NCBI GenBank assembly: GCA_030704615.1
Contig: CM060734.1
Coordinates: forward strand, 7,688,001 to 7,752,000
Direction of reading: 5' to 3'
Origin: Takakia lepidozioides
Taxonomy: Eukaryota > Plantae > Bryophyta
DNA: 64,000 bases
This document shows positions 32,459-45,541 of the stretch, in pieces; the first letter of the stretch is position 1, and each line of letters opens with the position of its first letter. A program made the translations under genes and the position numbers. A model generated the notes under the pieces. The model was given only the letters and a program-made list of their open reading frames with translations, had not been told where the DNA came from and searched no databases.

Positions 32459-33615
32459 CACATTTGGCATACATGTCCACGAGGTCATTGTCCAGAATCA
32501 CATCAGGTATAATTCCAGCTTTGACAATGAAACCATGGACCTCTTTCTTTTTCCAGAGCTGGCAGGCTTGCCCTTGATGCTCCCACATTTGGCATACATG
32601 TCCACAAGGGCATTGTCCAGAATCACAATCAGGTACAATTCCAGCTTTGACAATGAAACCATGGACCTGATCAGAACCTTTTCCAGAGCTGGCAGGCTTG
32701 CCATTGATGCTCCCACGTTTGGCATACATGTCCACGAGGGCATTGTCCAGAATCACAATCACGTACAATGCAAGCTTTGACAATGAAACCATAGACCTGA
32801 TCTTCCCTTTCCCAGAGCTGGCAGGCTTGCCCTTCATGCTCCCACATTTGGCATACATGTCCACGAGGGCATTGTCCAGAATCACAATCACCTACAATGC
32901 AAGCTTTGACAATGAAACCATAGACCTGATCTTCCCTTTCCCAGAGCTGGCAGGCTTGCCCTTCATGCTCCCACATTTGGCATACATGTCCACAAGGGCA
33001 TTGTCCAGAATCACAATCAGGTACAATTCCAGCTTAGACAATGAAACCACGGACTTGATCTTCCCTTTTCCAGAGCTGGCAGGCTTGCCCTTGATGCTCC
33101 CACATTTGGTATCCCTAAAGCATGGACCTAATCTTCCCTTTTCCAGAGCTGCCAGGCTTGCCCTTCATGCTAACACATTTGGCATACATGTCCACGAGGG
33201 CATTGTCCAGAATCACATCAGGTACAATTCCAGCTTTGACAATGAAACCATGGACCCGATCTTCCCTTTTCCAGAGCTCCCAGGCTTGCCCTTCATGCTG
33301 AAACATTTGGCATACATGTCCACGAGGGCATTGTCTCGAATCACATCAGGTATAATTCCAGCTTTGACAATGAAACCATGGACCTCTTCCCTTTTCCAGA
33401 GCTGCCAAGCTTGCCCTTGATGCTCGCACATTTGGCATACTTGTCCACGAGGGCATTGTCCACAATCACAATCAGGTACAATTCCAGCTTTGACAATGAA
33501 ACCATGGACCTGATCAGAACCTTTTCCAGAGCTGGCAGGCTTGCCCTTGATGCTCCCACATTTGGCATACATATCCACGAGGGCATTGTTCAAAATCACA
33601 TCAGGTACAATTCCA
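32459..33615 (-). repeat. PPR-derived minisatellite, ~9-10 units of 125-130 bp
   Basis: catttggc-type anchor at 32461, 32586, 32716, 32845, 32974, 33103, 33176, 33304, 33429, 33559; unit encodes [41 protein letters not shown] (PLS-class L/S motif junction) with frameshifts. Confidence 0.9.
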
Positions 33616-34095
33616 AAAATGTGGCCCTCTTGGATGAATCTGGGCCCACACTCTATCCCTGCTCCTTCAGCTATCCATGCCTCTCACAAATCATGCATAC
33701 ATCTTTGCCTTGCTGGTAGCAACTGACAATAACAGCCTACATTTGTTCTAGGAAACACCCAACTCAACTTCTCACACTAGTTCCTATGCTCAATTGCATC
33801 TGCTACTCTCTATAATCCAACATGCATTCACCTTTTTGCCACAATTGGCCCACCATTGACTAGGGTCAGAAAAGTATGTAGGCCACAACTCCATGACTGT
33901 TTAGGGTTCACTGTCACAAATGAAGTGTGTTTGTCAGAATTTTGCCCACCCCAACAGCTCAATCACTCCCACCCATGCAAGGTACCATGCTGTATCAAGT
34001 CTAAACCCTGGAAAAATACATGCAATAGCAGAAACCAACTCTAGACCATAGCACAACTGGCCTGGTACCTCCCATGTGGAGCTTGCCTCCGCCTT

Positions 34096-37000
34096 CTACC
34101 ATTTTGCCTCTGTCAAGTTGGCAATGGCCAATTCATCTGCCTCACTCAAAGGAACACAAACAGCAAGCTCAGTCATGATGTTATAAGGAATTTCAGGAGG
34201 CACCATGCCTACATAAGTGTCTCCCTCACCCAGTGCCACTTCTGTAATATCGTGAACCACTCGTCGGGATCGAGGGTCCTTGTGAAGGACCACCTTCCAG
34301 TTCCCTTGTGAACTTTTTTCATCCGAGAAAAAAACTTGCTCCACCTGACTAGGGAATGTCCAGGGCTGCTCCATCCGAGGTAACATGTGACTGAAGTCAA
34401 CCAAGAGAAAGCCATAATCATCTTGTTTCATGGTGGCATTCCGGCCCACCATGTGTGACCTCATCCATCTACACAAGAACAGAATTGGGTGAAGAATTCC
34501 GTAATCCAGTTGAATTATTTCTGTTACAACACCCACATATTCCAATTGGGATAACACTCGTTTGGACATACCTGCTCTATTTTCGCTTTCCTGATGGAAT
34601 ACTTGAGCAACTCCAGAATCAAATGTCACCCTGTCTGTGGCGCCAGTCCCATCACGTATTGCTCGAAAGTGATTGCCGTAAGCATACATGGACTTGAAGC
34701 CCAAGGACTGTACTGCTGGTGTACACTTCCCAATCCTTGAACCACCTCCCCACTAACTGAGTCTTCTTCATTGGAGTCCCACACCCTTCGGCTTGTAGCA
34801 TGAAATTCAGCCATATACTCAGTTAGAAACCCTAGGGCCTCATCCAAAGCATACCCTTCCGCCATGCTCCCTTCAGGTCGGCTCATATTCCTTACATAGC
34901 CTTTTAATGTCTTCATATACCGTTCCATAGGATATATCCAACGGCTAGACACGGGACCACACACCTCCAATTCGTCCACAAGGTGTACAAGCAAGTGAGT
35001 CATGATATCAAAAAATGACGGAGGGAATTCTTTCTCTAGCAGACACATAGTGATTGCAACATCTTCTTTTAAGGCCGGTAGCTCAGTTGGATTAATGATC
35101 TTTGCACACACTTTTCGGAAGACTCGAGAAAGCCTCATAATTGCCATCCGTGGACCCTTTCCAATACCCCTCGAATGCAAAGAGGTAAAATCTGCTGCAT
35201 CATTACATGGTAGTCATGGGTTTTCATTGTAGACAGTTTATTGTCAGCCACATGTTTCTGGAATGTGGCAGCATAACCTGTGGGGGCCTTTACTGCAGCC
35301 AATGTTTCCAAAAACAACACCTTCTCATCTTCAGTAAGAACATATGGGGCCAAAGGCTTCACCAACTTGTTCGGGTGAGAGGGATGGGGTCTCAACCACA
35401 AGTGTTCACAAATGACATTGAGTTCCATATCCTTCCTAGATGTGGCTGTGTCCTTCTCCCCAAGAATGGTTCTCAGCACATTCTCACACAAATTTTTTTC
35501 ACAATGCATCACATCCAGTGTGTATCGGATGAGTAAGTCTTTCCAGTATGGCAATTGGTTCAAAACAGTGACCCGTTTCATGCCATGTTCCTTTGAAGGG
35601 TCCTGTTTTCCCCCCTCAGCCCCTCCCATTGCGAGATACAACTCTCTCGTTTTAGCCCGGTCAAATTGCTCACTTGCAGTGACCACCATAGGAGCTGCTC
35701 TATGTTCCACATGTCCATTAAAGTGGGACGAGTTATTCCTATAGGGATGAACAACAGGCAAGTATCTCCTATGACCAAGATACAGAACTTTTTTGCATGC
35801 CTTCGAGTACCTGGAATCAACATTAGGGCCGCAAGCTGGGCAAGCCTTGTATCCCCCGTGTGCGCATCCTGCTAGCAACCCATAAGCTGGAAAGTCGTGG
35901 ATTGACCACATCAAGATGGCCCTCATGCGAAATGACTGTTGCCCCACTAGGCTACTTCCATCCAATGCCTCCACACCAACTTCCCACAACAATTTTAGCT
36001 CATCCACAAGGGGCTGCAGATAAACATCTGCATTGTCATTTCCCACAGATTGTGGTCCAGGAATCAATAAAGCCAACATCGTGAAAAATGGCTTAGTACA
36101 CAGCCAGGGTGGAAGATTATAGTTTACCAACATGACAGGCCAAGTTGACCATTTGTTTGATTTATCACTGTAAGGATTGACACCATCCCATGCAAGACCC
36201 AATCGCAGATTTATGGGGTCCGCTGCAAACTCAGGCCATTTTTGGTCAATGTGGGCCCAAGCCTTGCTGTCTGCTGGGTGCCTAACCAAGCCATCCAGAC
36301 TTCGATTCTTAAAGTGCCATGACATTAACTCTGAGATGGATTTGGCTTTATACATTCGAAGCAGCCTTGGAATGATAGGGAAATGTCGAAGGACCTTACG
36401 AGGTACTGGTGTCTTCGTACCCACCACATAACGACGTGCCTGACATTTTGGACAAACCTCCAAATTCTGAAGCTCCCTTCTGAACAACACACAGCCTTTC
36501 GGACATGCATGTATACGCTCGTAATGAAGCCCAAGTTCCATTATGAGTTGTTTTGCCTCATAGTGGGACTTTGGCAAGCAATTGTCTGCTGGCAACAGTT
36601 GTCTTCCTAACAATGTAAGGAGTTCATCGACAAAGGTGTTTGACACACCATGGTTTGACAAGCATTTAACAGCAGTAAGGTAGCAGACAATCGAGAGGAA
36701 GAACTCCCTACATATAAAGCCCTGGATGCCTCGTGCTCAAAACGTAAGGCACTCGCTGCACCACGATCACCATCGCTCTTCAGTCCACAATCAGTCTGCT
36801 CTGGCACTCCATCTGTGTCCCATTGGCCCTGTGTTCCATCTCCCGGTTCCTCATGTGCATCACCAGTTTGCACCCCATTATCTATAGTTGCGAATGTCTC
36901 CCGGAGCATTCTAAGCATGTCAAGATTACGATCCAAGGTATCAGGACCACCTGCAGGGCTGGTTTCCGTTCTAAACCCCTCATGTTCGTCTCCAGAGTTT

Positions 37001-37514
37001 TCCTGCTTAGTACATATCAGACGCCACATGTCAATCCACTATAAGATGGGGAGTTTTCTCATTTGCAATAGTGGATGTGGAACGTGCCATTTGTACAGGC
37101 ACGTGGCAATAGGTAAACGGACATGTACAATACTCTACACCTTACAACAATACCGCTACCAGGAATTTGAACCGTTTCTTATAATTTCAAAGTATGCATC
37201 TGCAAAGGGAAGAGAATCCAGAGATATGCACCGGGAGTTCTCGTAAGTTAGGATCCGGAGCCCTGCTTTCATCCAAACCCTCATGGAGACGTGCTCGGAT
37301 GTCCAAGGGCGGATTCTGGACCTCAGTTCAAAAGCAGATGACGCTTAGCCCGGCCAATGGTTTGCCAGTTCCCACCATGACAGGCATTGCATGGCCATAG
37401 AATTTTCCGAAGACCCAGTCTTCTTGCTCGCGCTTCCTCTAGTTTCCACAATCTGTCATCGTCATGTTCTGCTTGTGTCCGCCTTTGCAATCGATGGGCA
37501 GTAGGAGGGATCAT
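34096..37514 (-). mobile_element. CACTA/EnSpm transposase (TnpD-like), frameshifted
   Basis: N-terminal PCNAC..HL; Tnp2 core HPADSKAW..LRLGLAWDGVNP..STWPV..YNLPPW..DFPAY; LDVMHCEKN; KTHDYH; FPPSFFDIMTHL..ERYM..PEGSMAEGY; DUF4216-like YVGVV..W..DDYGF..QVEQVFF..WKVV. Confidence 0.92.
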
Positions 37515-37543
37515 CTTGGCGAGTGAGTGAGACTCGTCAGGAA

Positions 37544-40500
37544 ATGGAGACCCAAATAGAGTGTCCAGAAGTTACACTAGGGCGCAAGCCTACAGCGAGG
37601 GAGGTAGAACGAGCAAAGCGTCAAGCGGAGAACAAGGCATTCTTCGCACGACTGAAGATCTACGACATTGCAAAGAGGTCCAAACTTCGGTTTTTTTCAT
37701 ATCCCCTACCTAGCCCTAGCCATGAAACCGCATTAAAAGCTCCAAACCTTTCAGGGTTGTCTTGGATTGTAGACAGTCATTTCCACTGTACCCTTCCATT
37801 CTTTAGAAGACTCCTCACTGTTTATAGGTAGGTCTGACTGACAGGGTCTTCTTGCATAGGCCTTTGGGCTTTGCTTACCCACTAGGTTTGCCATCCCTAG
37901 TAGTATGGTGGTATTGTTTCTCATGTTTATGTTGAGCAATGTGTGCAGAGTTCAGTAAAAAAAAGGAAGGGAATTGCAGGGAAGGATGCGAATGAGCATA
38001 AGTCTCTTACTCCAGCAAAGTGTGCACCAACTATTGCGCCAACTGTTGTGATGAGTGGCGCGGTTGTTCCAACTTACGAAAAACCAGCCCCGCCCACTCC
38101 ACAGACTGACGTTCCAGCTCCCTTATATCCACCAGTATCGGCTCCTCCCTCGTATCCGCTTATGTACCCGCAGTATCCTGCCATGTCAGGGTATAATCTG
38201 CATGGGCACATGCCGTATCCTCACTATCAACCTCCAAACAATGATCCTCAGTGCCAGAATTACAATTCTTTTGCTCCACCTGCAGGCGCTCCAATGCATG
38301 ATCCTAGTCAAGGTGGGTATTCCATTTACCACCATTATGGAATGCATCCCCATAGTATGTATCCTCCTCGGCCTATGTACAACCAACCTACTTCCTCCCT
38401 CTATCCTACCAGCCCTGCAAGACCACACCAGGGGCAGGTCCAGTATGGTGGCCACCAACCTTCAGGATCCAACTACAGTGGAGTACAACAGCCGGCACCT
38501 TCGAGCTTCACTGCACCGCGGCCACCTCTTTATCCAACATCTCCAGGTACACCTAATACCCTGAAAGGGAAAGGCATTCTGAAACAGACCGAGGATGCAT
38601 TTGCTCCGCATCATCCTGTGGGGTGGGAGACAATAGTCCAGCCCCAACAGAGTGAAGGTGGTAACATGCAAGGTACTGCTGAAACCTTGCAGGATTCCAG
38701 CCTTATTCCTGGGGGGACATCAGGTGTGACTCCTATAGAACGCAAAAATGCTTTAAGGAGGGAAAGAAGGGCACTTGCAAAAGATCTGAGAGACCAGGCT
38801 GCTCAGAATGTGGCTGTAGGGAGGAGGAAATTTTTCATTTCTTGTGATGAACTTGGAAACCCTGAAGGTCCTGCTCGGAACCAGTGGATGACAGCTCTGC
38901 GAGGGCAGTGTCAACGTTTGTTGGACTGGTCATTGTATGCTCAGGATCAACCATTACACTTAATTGAAAAGATCATGGAGATCTTGGCTTCAGATTGGGA
39001 ATACGGACCTCCTGGTCTTAACATAAAGGCTATTACAAAAACAATTTGCGGGCAGCTCAAGTACCAACGAAATAAGCTGTTCAAAAATTACTATAGTGTG
39101 GGGCTGCCCAAACCCCATCATGTGCCAGACAAGACATGGGCACAACTAGTTGTTAGTTGGGGTTCCACTGATTTCAAGAAATTCTTGGCAAATGGTGTCA
39201 AGGCGCGGGGATGTGTGAAGAATACATCTCGATCGGGTCGCAGTGGAATCAGCGGTGTTGTAGCACGACTGGTATACTTCTCTTACAACATAGGAAGTTC
39301 CCACATTGTTTTGCATTGACAAACTTTATGTGTTGGGTTTTTTTGGATGGAGCTCATAGTCTATTCCTATATGGATGGAATTAGTACACATTGCTACTAC
39401 TTGGGGGCCTTCTCAGAGTTGGGCGCCAGCAAGAAACTAAGCACTCTTATTGAGGAAGAGTCATTGACGCTATCCTAGATAATTCTTTACTGTTGGCAGT
39501 GTGCTATGCTAGTCATTTACACTTGCAAGTTTGTTGCAATCACAGGAGAAGGAGATTGGACGTACACCAAGTTTGCAGGAGATCGCCGGTAGCGCCAGGA
39601 GTGACAAAGGCTACGGGTCGGGGTGTACAGGCAGTGCAGCCACAACGGTATATGAACTCAGTACAAATTCTGGTGTGAATTACATATTCGTGATTTCCAT
39701 GCCATTGCTAGTTGCCGTTTGGTTCTCTTTTCTTACTAGTTCATCAGTCAGTGTAGTGAATTGTTACTTTGGAGGTGTTCTATGTGATGGGGCAGGGAAT
39801 TGGTTCACTAGCAGCTCGCCTCGATGCTATGGAAAACAAACAAGTGCAGATGGAAGCCAGTTCCAAGGCAGCTTTGGAAGCAGTCCAAGTCCAACTGGAG
39901 GCAGCAGCTGCATTCAACATTGCGCTCGCAGCTAAACTTGGCATGAATGTGCCAGATTCACAGCCTACAGGTCCACCATGCACCACCTTTGCGCCACATC
40001 CAACAAATGAGACTATTTCTCATGTTATGGGCTCACCACTCAACCTGTTCAAGGCAGTTTCTTCACCACCACCAAAGCCAAACACAATAGGCTCATTGTT
40101 TGGGCTTTCAGAAATGGAGGGGATGATGACATGGAGGGTTGGTCTGAAGGTGAACTCAATCCATCCCCCCATATTGTTGAGGCAACTGCAAAGTGTTCAT
40201 CAGTTTTGTTGTCCCCTACACCAGTAGCACTGCCGGCATATGTACTACCCTCTTAATATGCCTGTGAGGTCTCCATGAATTTGCAGAGTGCCCCACAGAA
40301 AGGTGTGTCTTTTGTACATGATAATCATGTACAAGTTGTAGGTAATTGCCCTTCGGCAACTGAGAGGCAGAAACACATCCTTATACTTGACTTGAATGGA
40401 TTGTTATGTGAGAGCAAACTACGAACAAGGGAATACCTAGAGCCCACTGTCACCTCCAGACCTGGGTGTCAGGAGTTTCTGGACCAATGCCTTCAGATTT

Positions 40501-41898
40501 TTGATGTAGGTGTATGGTCTTCCATGTCATTGAGTAATGTCCTTCCAGTTGTGAAAGCTTTGTTTCGTGGGAAGCAACCAAAGATGGTGCTTCACCAAGA
40601 CTATTGTGACCAGCCTGTGGGAATGGTGGACCCTTTCAATCCTTCTAAAACTGTCATGTACAAGAACTTATGTAAGTTTTGGAAGGACTACAGCCATTAC
40701 AATCCAACCAATACTTTGCTGGTGGACGATTCCCCACTCACTTGCTTACCCAACCCTACAAATAATTGCATCTTCCCGTATCCATGGAAGTTGAGGGATC
40801 AGCCAAACTGCAAGAGGCTTATAAAAGAATTACTCCCTTAGTTAGAGGGTGTATCCAAGGCTGCACACATCCCTGAGTATGTGTCAGGGCACCCATACAG
40901 ATATGGGCAGCCCAACTACTTGTTCAATACTGCAGCCATGGGTAGTGGATCACAACAATCTGCAAAGGCATCCGAACCAGGGCTTCCTGCTGCCAGAGTT
41001 CCAACGACTTTGCCTCCCGATGCAACAACAAAGCATAATCAAAGAAAGGTGAGAGCAAAAGTTTCAATGCTTGGGCGCGTGGGTGGATTTGTATTATTAA
41101 TGCTACTTCACAATGTGTGTCATTCCTGCTATTCTCATTTTTTGATCGTTGTGTCATTCAATATACAGATGGTGAAACCAGTGAAGCGTTCAATGGACAG
41201 GGAGAGTACAATATGTGCTATCAATCAGACTACAACCACAGTGGATCTAACTGAACCACAGGGTGACCAACAAAATCCGCACAATGTAAGTACTTCATTT
41301 GTGCAATTTTGTTTCCTTGTCTGATGCTGGATCAATACATCTCTATGTATCGCCACATAGCTGCAGGCCCAACAACCTACAAAGGTAGTTTTGTGACATC
41401 GTCCTACCACATCCATGTTGACCATGCATAACCTGCTACCAACTAGGTATGGCACCGTTCCAGCTTTGATCATGTCAGCATGTAGTATAGAGACAAGCAA
41501 ATGCAATTCGGAATTGGAAATACTGCAATAGGTAGGGTTGGAGTGTTTGCTGGAAGAACTTCAATGTCATTTTGCAGGAGTGTCAAGCTGTCAGTCTCTG
41601 TTCTCCAGGGTTCATTTCTGATATAGGAATCTGGTTTTTGTTGCAGTTTCAGATCGGCGATAAGGTGTTATTGTTTGATCCTTGTGCACCAAAAAGAAGG
41701 GCAGGTATGGGATATATTGCTGGATTTCCGAAAGCAAATGTGCCAGACAACTATTACCGTATCCATGTGAAATCGGTCATGATTTCAGAGGTTGTGTTGC
41801 CGTACCCGGACTACTCTGTTACCCCTAATTATACCACATTGGGTGACACGCAGGGAAGTTCCACCTTATGGTCTGAAAAGTTTCTTAAACACGCGTGA
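37544..41898 (+). mobile_element. CACTA second gene (TnpA-like), spliced, degenerate; Pro-rich, Ptta/EnSpm-like, coiled coil, FCP1-like HAD, Tnp1-like C-terminus
   Basis: Exons approx. 37544-?, 37949-39271, 39546-39647, 39796-41048 (frameshifts, TAG at 40839), 41169-41285, 41647-41898; WAQLVVSW..KAR..SRSGRSG..EKEIGRTPS; terminal YYRIHV..LPYPD..TLGD..GSSTLWS. Confidence 0.7.
40372..40910 (+). CDS. FCP1/NIF-type HAD phosphatase-like domain inside the CACTA TnpA-like gene
   Basis: ILILDLNGLL, RPGCQEFL, FDVGVWSS, YKNLCKFW, NTLLVDDSP, NPTNNCIFP, then after TAG (probably from TGG) LEGVSKAAHIPEYVSGHPYRYGQ. Confidence 0.8.
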
Positions 41899-42300
41899 TA
41901 TTGAAGGTGCTACAAGTTTAGTTTAGTTTTCTTTATGGATTGAGGGTTGCTGAGACAGGTGAACAAAACAGCTCTTCTCACATGAACAGTATTTTTTGAA
42001 TTGATGCTCTTACTATTCTCATGTATGATCACAAGATCCCCTTGTTCAAGGGCAACTTCATTTTCCCACATCAAGCCAAATTTTTCTTGTGTAGACATGA
42101 ATGTGGTATTTTGCTGGTTGTTTGCTATATTTAATATTAATAACATTACTATTGGTCAATGTGGTTAATAATACAATTATTATCCCTGTTTTAAATAAGC
42201 TTTTGTTTAAATGAAACAAAACAAATAATAATTCTAAAAAATAATATATTACATATTAAATCAAGCAGCCAATGGCTTTTGGGGTGCTATCCCATTTATT

Positions 42301-42342
42301 ATAAGAATAATAAGAATAATAAGAAGAATAATAATAATAATA
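42301..42342. repeat. (AAT/AAG)n microsatellite
   Basis: ataagaataataagaataataagaagaataataataataata. Confidence 0.8.
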
Positions 42343-42868
42343 TGACTATTCATTTTGGCATTTGTCAACAAATAATAATTGTTTACTTTTCGTCCAATAG
42401 GAACAAAACAATGGATATGACAGTATTCACACTAGTGTCATTGCGATCACACCACGACTTGAACCTGGTGTTAAATCTGTGTGAGAGAATCCGTAAGAAG
42501 AGCCCTTAATATCTATTATTTATTTAATAATTCTGATGGACTCTATTACGTGGCATTCCCTTTGACATACATGTGGCAGACATGGTGGCAATGAGGTGTA
42601 ATAAGTACCGTAGAAAGACCATTAAGATTACTTAGTCAAAATAGTAGTTGAACTAACCAGTCAAAACGGCCGTCAAAATATCCGTCAAAAGAGCCACCTA
42701 AACCTACTGCCACATCAGGTGCAAATTTGGTGTGAGATGGTTTTTTTCACAGGACCAAGAAAGTTCACATGTGGTGCAAAAGGACTAGGTTAACCTAACA
42801 CCAAGGAGGGGGGGTGTGAACTTGGGCTCTTTTCACACCAAAATGTGTGAGAAGAGCCGTTAAAAAAA

Positions 42869-42886
42869 CCGGTTTCTGTATTAGTG
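42869..42886 (-). mobile_element. CACTA terminal inverted repeat (one end only)
   Basis: Minus strand CACTAATACAGAAACCGG; subterminal AAGAGCC/GGCTCTT motifs at ~42498, 42689, 42826, 42852. Confidence 0.7.
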
Positions 42887-43043
42887 ATGAGTGGAGTGTT
42901 TCCCTTGTGTTCACTTTCATTATCACGCTAACTGAGGAGGCATAGCTTTGTGGCATTGTGGCATAGCTTTCTAGGATTGTGTGCTTAGAATGTATGGTGG
43001 ACAACGATGTATGTTGTGGCACGATGCTTAGGTTGCACGACAG

Positions 43044-43474
43044 CTCCCTATATATACTTCTATGACTGTCTGCGGGGGTTTCACAAACATCCATGCCATT
43101 TTATGGTGAACCACCATGAAGACCCTCGATTCCCGATGATGAGTCGCGGTGAGTCTTGGCCCACCCACCACGGCCCCATTGGACCGTGATGAGTCCCAAG
43201 ACTCCCCACGACTCCCACCACAAGGTCTCCGCCCCATGGTGAGTCCTATGCCACCCCCACTAAGTCCCACTAAGTTACCAACACCCCTTATGGAGCCACC
43301 CCCACCGCAACCCGGTGTGCGGGGCTCCACCTAGTGAGCGCCTCCGCCTCCTTGAGTGCCTTGGGCACTCAATGGTGCTTCAGCCCCCTGTACCTATCAC
43401 TGTCATTGCCCCCACCACAGGGGCAGCGCCTCCTGCGTCCCGACCCCCTACCGTCAAGGCAAAGGGCCGCGACA
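43044..43474 (-). mobile_element. Truncated LTR of the chromovirus family, reverse orientation
   Basis: Reverse complement of the first ~430 bp of LTRs 51000 and 59398 (TGTCGCGGCCCTTTGCCTTGA... to TATA region). Confidence 0.88.
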
Positions 43475-43817
43475 ATGTGAGGCTTGGAGGCTGGAGGGTA
43501 TATAAGGTGGTCACAATGCCCCTCACTTCTTTTGTGGCAAACACTTTTGTGGCGAGTGAATGTTCTCTATTCCTTGAGCAAGAGTGTAGCCCAAGAGGAG
43601 GGTGTGGACCGTTTGCTGTTGTGGCTTCCACCAGAGCCACTACAGCAAATTGTCGAAAAGCACAAATACTACATGGTGCATTGATCCACTTGGATTGATG
43701 CCATAGTGTTGGGCCATCGCATTCTGTTCTAACTTCTATTGCTCTTGACAAATCTACCAAGTACACTAGTGTTCTTCGTTCAACCTTAAGTCTGTGGTTA
43801 GGGTTTTGGGTGTGAGG

Positions 43818-44751
43818 ATGAAGGAGGAGTGGATCCCTTGGTTCACCGTAGACCCGCACAAAAAAGACGGTGTTCAATGCAATCTCTGTGCATTGAAGCA
43901 AAACCCACTTTGCCCAATGTGGAGGCAATATCCCACCATCTCTTGATGTGGCCACGGCTTCTGAGCCAAACACTTCATGTTCGAATCAAAATGTCCCTCA
44001 GAGTTGTACCCAGGGGGATTCTTGCGAGGCGTCTGCTGTTCGTGGAGAAGCCGGTAGGTCAGAAGCAACACTCGATTGTACGCCAGCACTTGTAGGGACC
44101 AGACCATTGAGGCAACAATCAATGCAAGAAGGTTTAAATTTGTCGTACAGGAGGACTCTGGATAAGAAGTGGGCCCAATTTCTCTACAAGGCCAATATTC
44201 CGTTCAATGTCTCAAGGCTTCATGCGTTTGTGGCTGCTGTCAAAGCCACGTCCGATTCCAAGTCCACATACACACCTCCGAGTTATCGCGATCTCCGCAC
44301 AGGATTTGTAGAAGAGGCTATATCTGACCTCACCCAAAAGGTGAATGAAAAGACAGGTGATTCTCTCCGGAAATATGGAAGCACTATATGTGTGGACGGT
44401 TGGAGTTCTATTACTAATCGACCACTGTTCAATGTCATGCTGGTCTGTCCTGTGGGGGAACAATTTTTGGGATCCATTGACACAAGCGGGGAGAAAAAAA
44501 AAGCCGTATCAAGCAAGGTTGTTGACTAGTTTCATCGATAAAAATTGGAGCTGATAAAATTGTTTGCACGGACAATGCATCTAACATGGTTTATATGGCC
44601 GATATTTTGATGGTACGATGTCCCCATCTATATTTGATGGTACGATGTCCCCATCTATATTACAAGGGTGTGCTGCTCATATCTTTGATCTCCTTTTGGA
44701 GGATTGGGGAAAATAATCATGGATGACACAACTAGTAAAAATGGCAAAGTC
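43818..44751 (+). mobile_element. hAT transposase, N-terminal part (BED-like remnant, DUF659)
   Basis: QCNLC; ANIPFNV..YTPPSYRDLR..TICVDGWS..RPLFNVM..FLGSIDTSGEKK; CTDNASNM; LLLEDWG. Confidence 0.85.
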
Positions 44752-45487
44752 TGTCGCGGCCCTTTGCCTTGAGGGAAGGGGGCAGGGGGGGGTCGGGCAC
44801 ATGAGGGGCTGCCCCTGTGGTGGGGGGGCAGCTCGGCGATAGGATGGGGGCTGAAGCACCCTTGAGTGCCCAAGGCACTCAAGGAGGCGGAGGCGCTCAC
44901 TAGGTGGAGCACCGCACACCGGGGGGTTGCGGTGGATGTGGCTCCCCAAGGGGTGGTGTAGCTTAGTGGACTTAGTGGGGTGGCATAGGACTCACCATGG
45001 TGGTGGAGACCTCGAGGTGGGGGAGTCGTGGGGAGTCTTGGGACTCATCACGGTCCATTGGGGCCGCGGTGGAGGGGCCAAGACCTCACCGCGACTCACC
45101 CACGGGGAGTCGAGGGGTTTCGTGGTGGTCGCCATAAAATGGCATGGCTGGTTATGAAAACCCCCGCGGACAGCTACAGAAGTATATATAGGGAGTAGTA
45201 ACCCCGAGAACGGTGCAAGCCCGTTGGTGACCAAAAACTAGTGAGTAACGAGCGAGCCGGGAAAGCGACCAAAGAGAATGGGAGCTGTTCCGGACTGCAT
45301 CTACCAAAGGAATTCTCCTAGTCCAAAAGGTGGAGGGTTTTTTAGGGAAGCGGAAGGGGACCGTTATGTCCCGGTGAGAGCAGCCGAACTCCAAGTTGGC
45401 CGGCGGACAGGTTGGGAGTCAGGCGCGCGCATCAAAGCGAGGTAACTATGACTTGAAGGGGAGTTTACCGAATCGAGGTGTGCGACA
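44752..45487 (+). repeat. 5' LTR
   Basis: TG..CA, direct repeat of 51000-51722; TATA-like gtatatatagg at ~45182. Confidence 0.93.
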
Positions 45488-45489
45488 TT

Positions 45490-45501
45490 TGGTATCAGAG
45501 C
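45490..45501 (+). promoter_or_regulatory. Primer binding site, tRNA-iMet
   Basis: TGGTATCAGAGC 2 nt after LTR end. Confidence 0.95.
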
Positions 45502-45541
45502 TTAGAGTTCAGTACGCGATCGTCCTGGGATTGGGCCTCAT

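Noticed and set aside
32698-33420. 240-aa plus-strand repeat ORF
   Set aside because: Antisense shadow of the PPR minisatellite
32459-33615. Functional PPR editing-factor gene
   Set aside because: Only one partial L/S unit repeated, frameshifts throughout, no P motifs or E/DYW domain
43028-43698. Pro/Gly-rich ORFs overlapping LTRs (also 51144-51464, 59345-59722)
   Set aside because: GC-rich LTR sequence; frames are not conserved among the four LTR copies
45490-45501. tRNA-Met gene
   Set aside because: Only the 12-nt complement of the tRNA 3' end (PBS)
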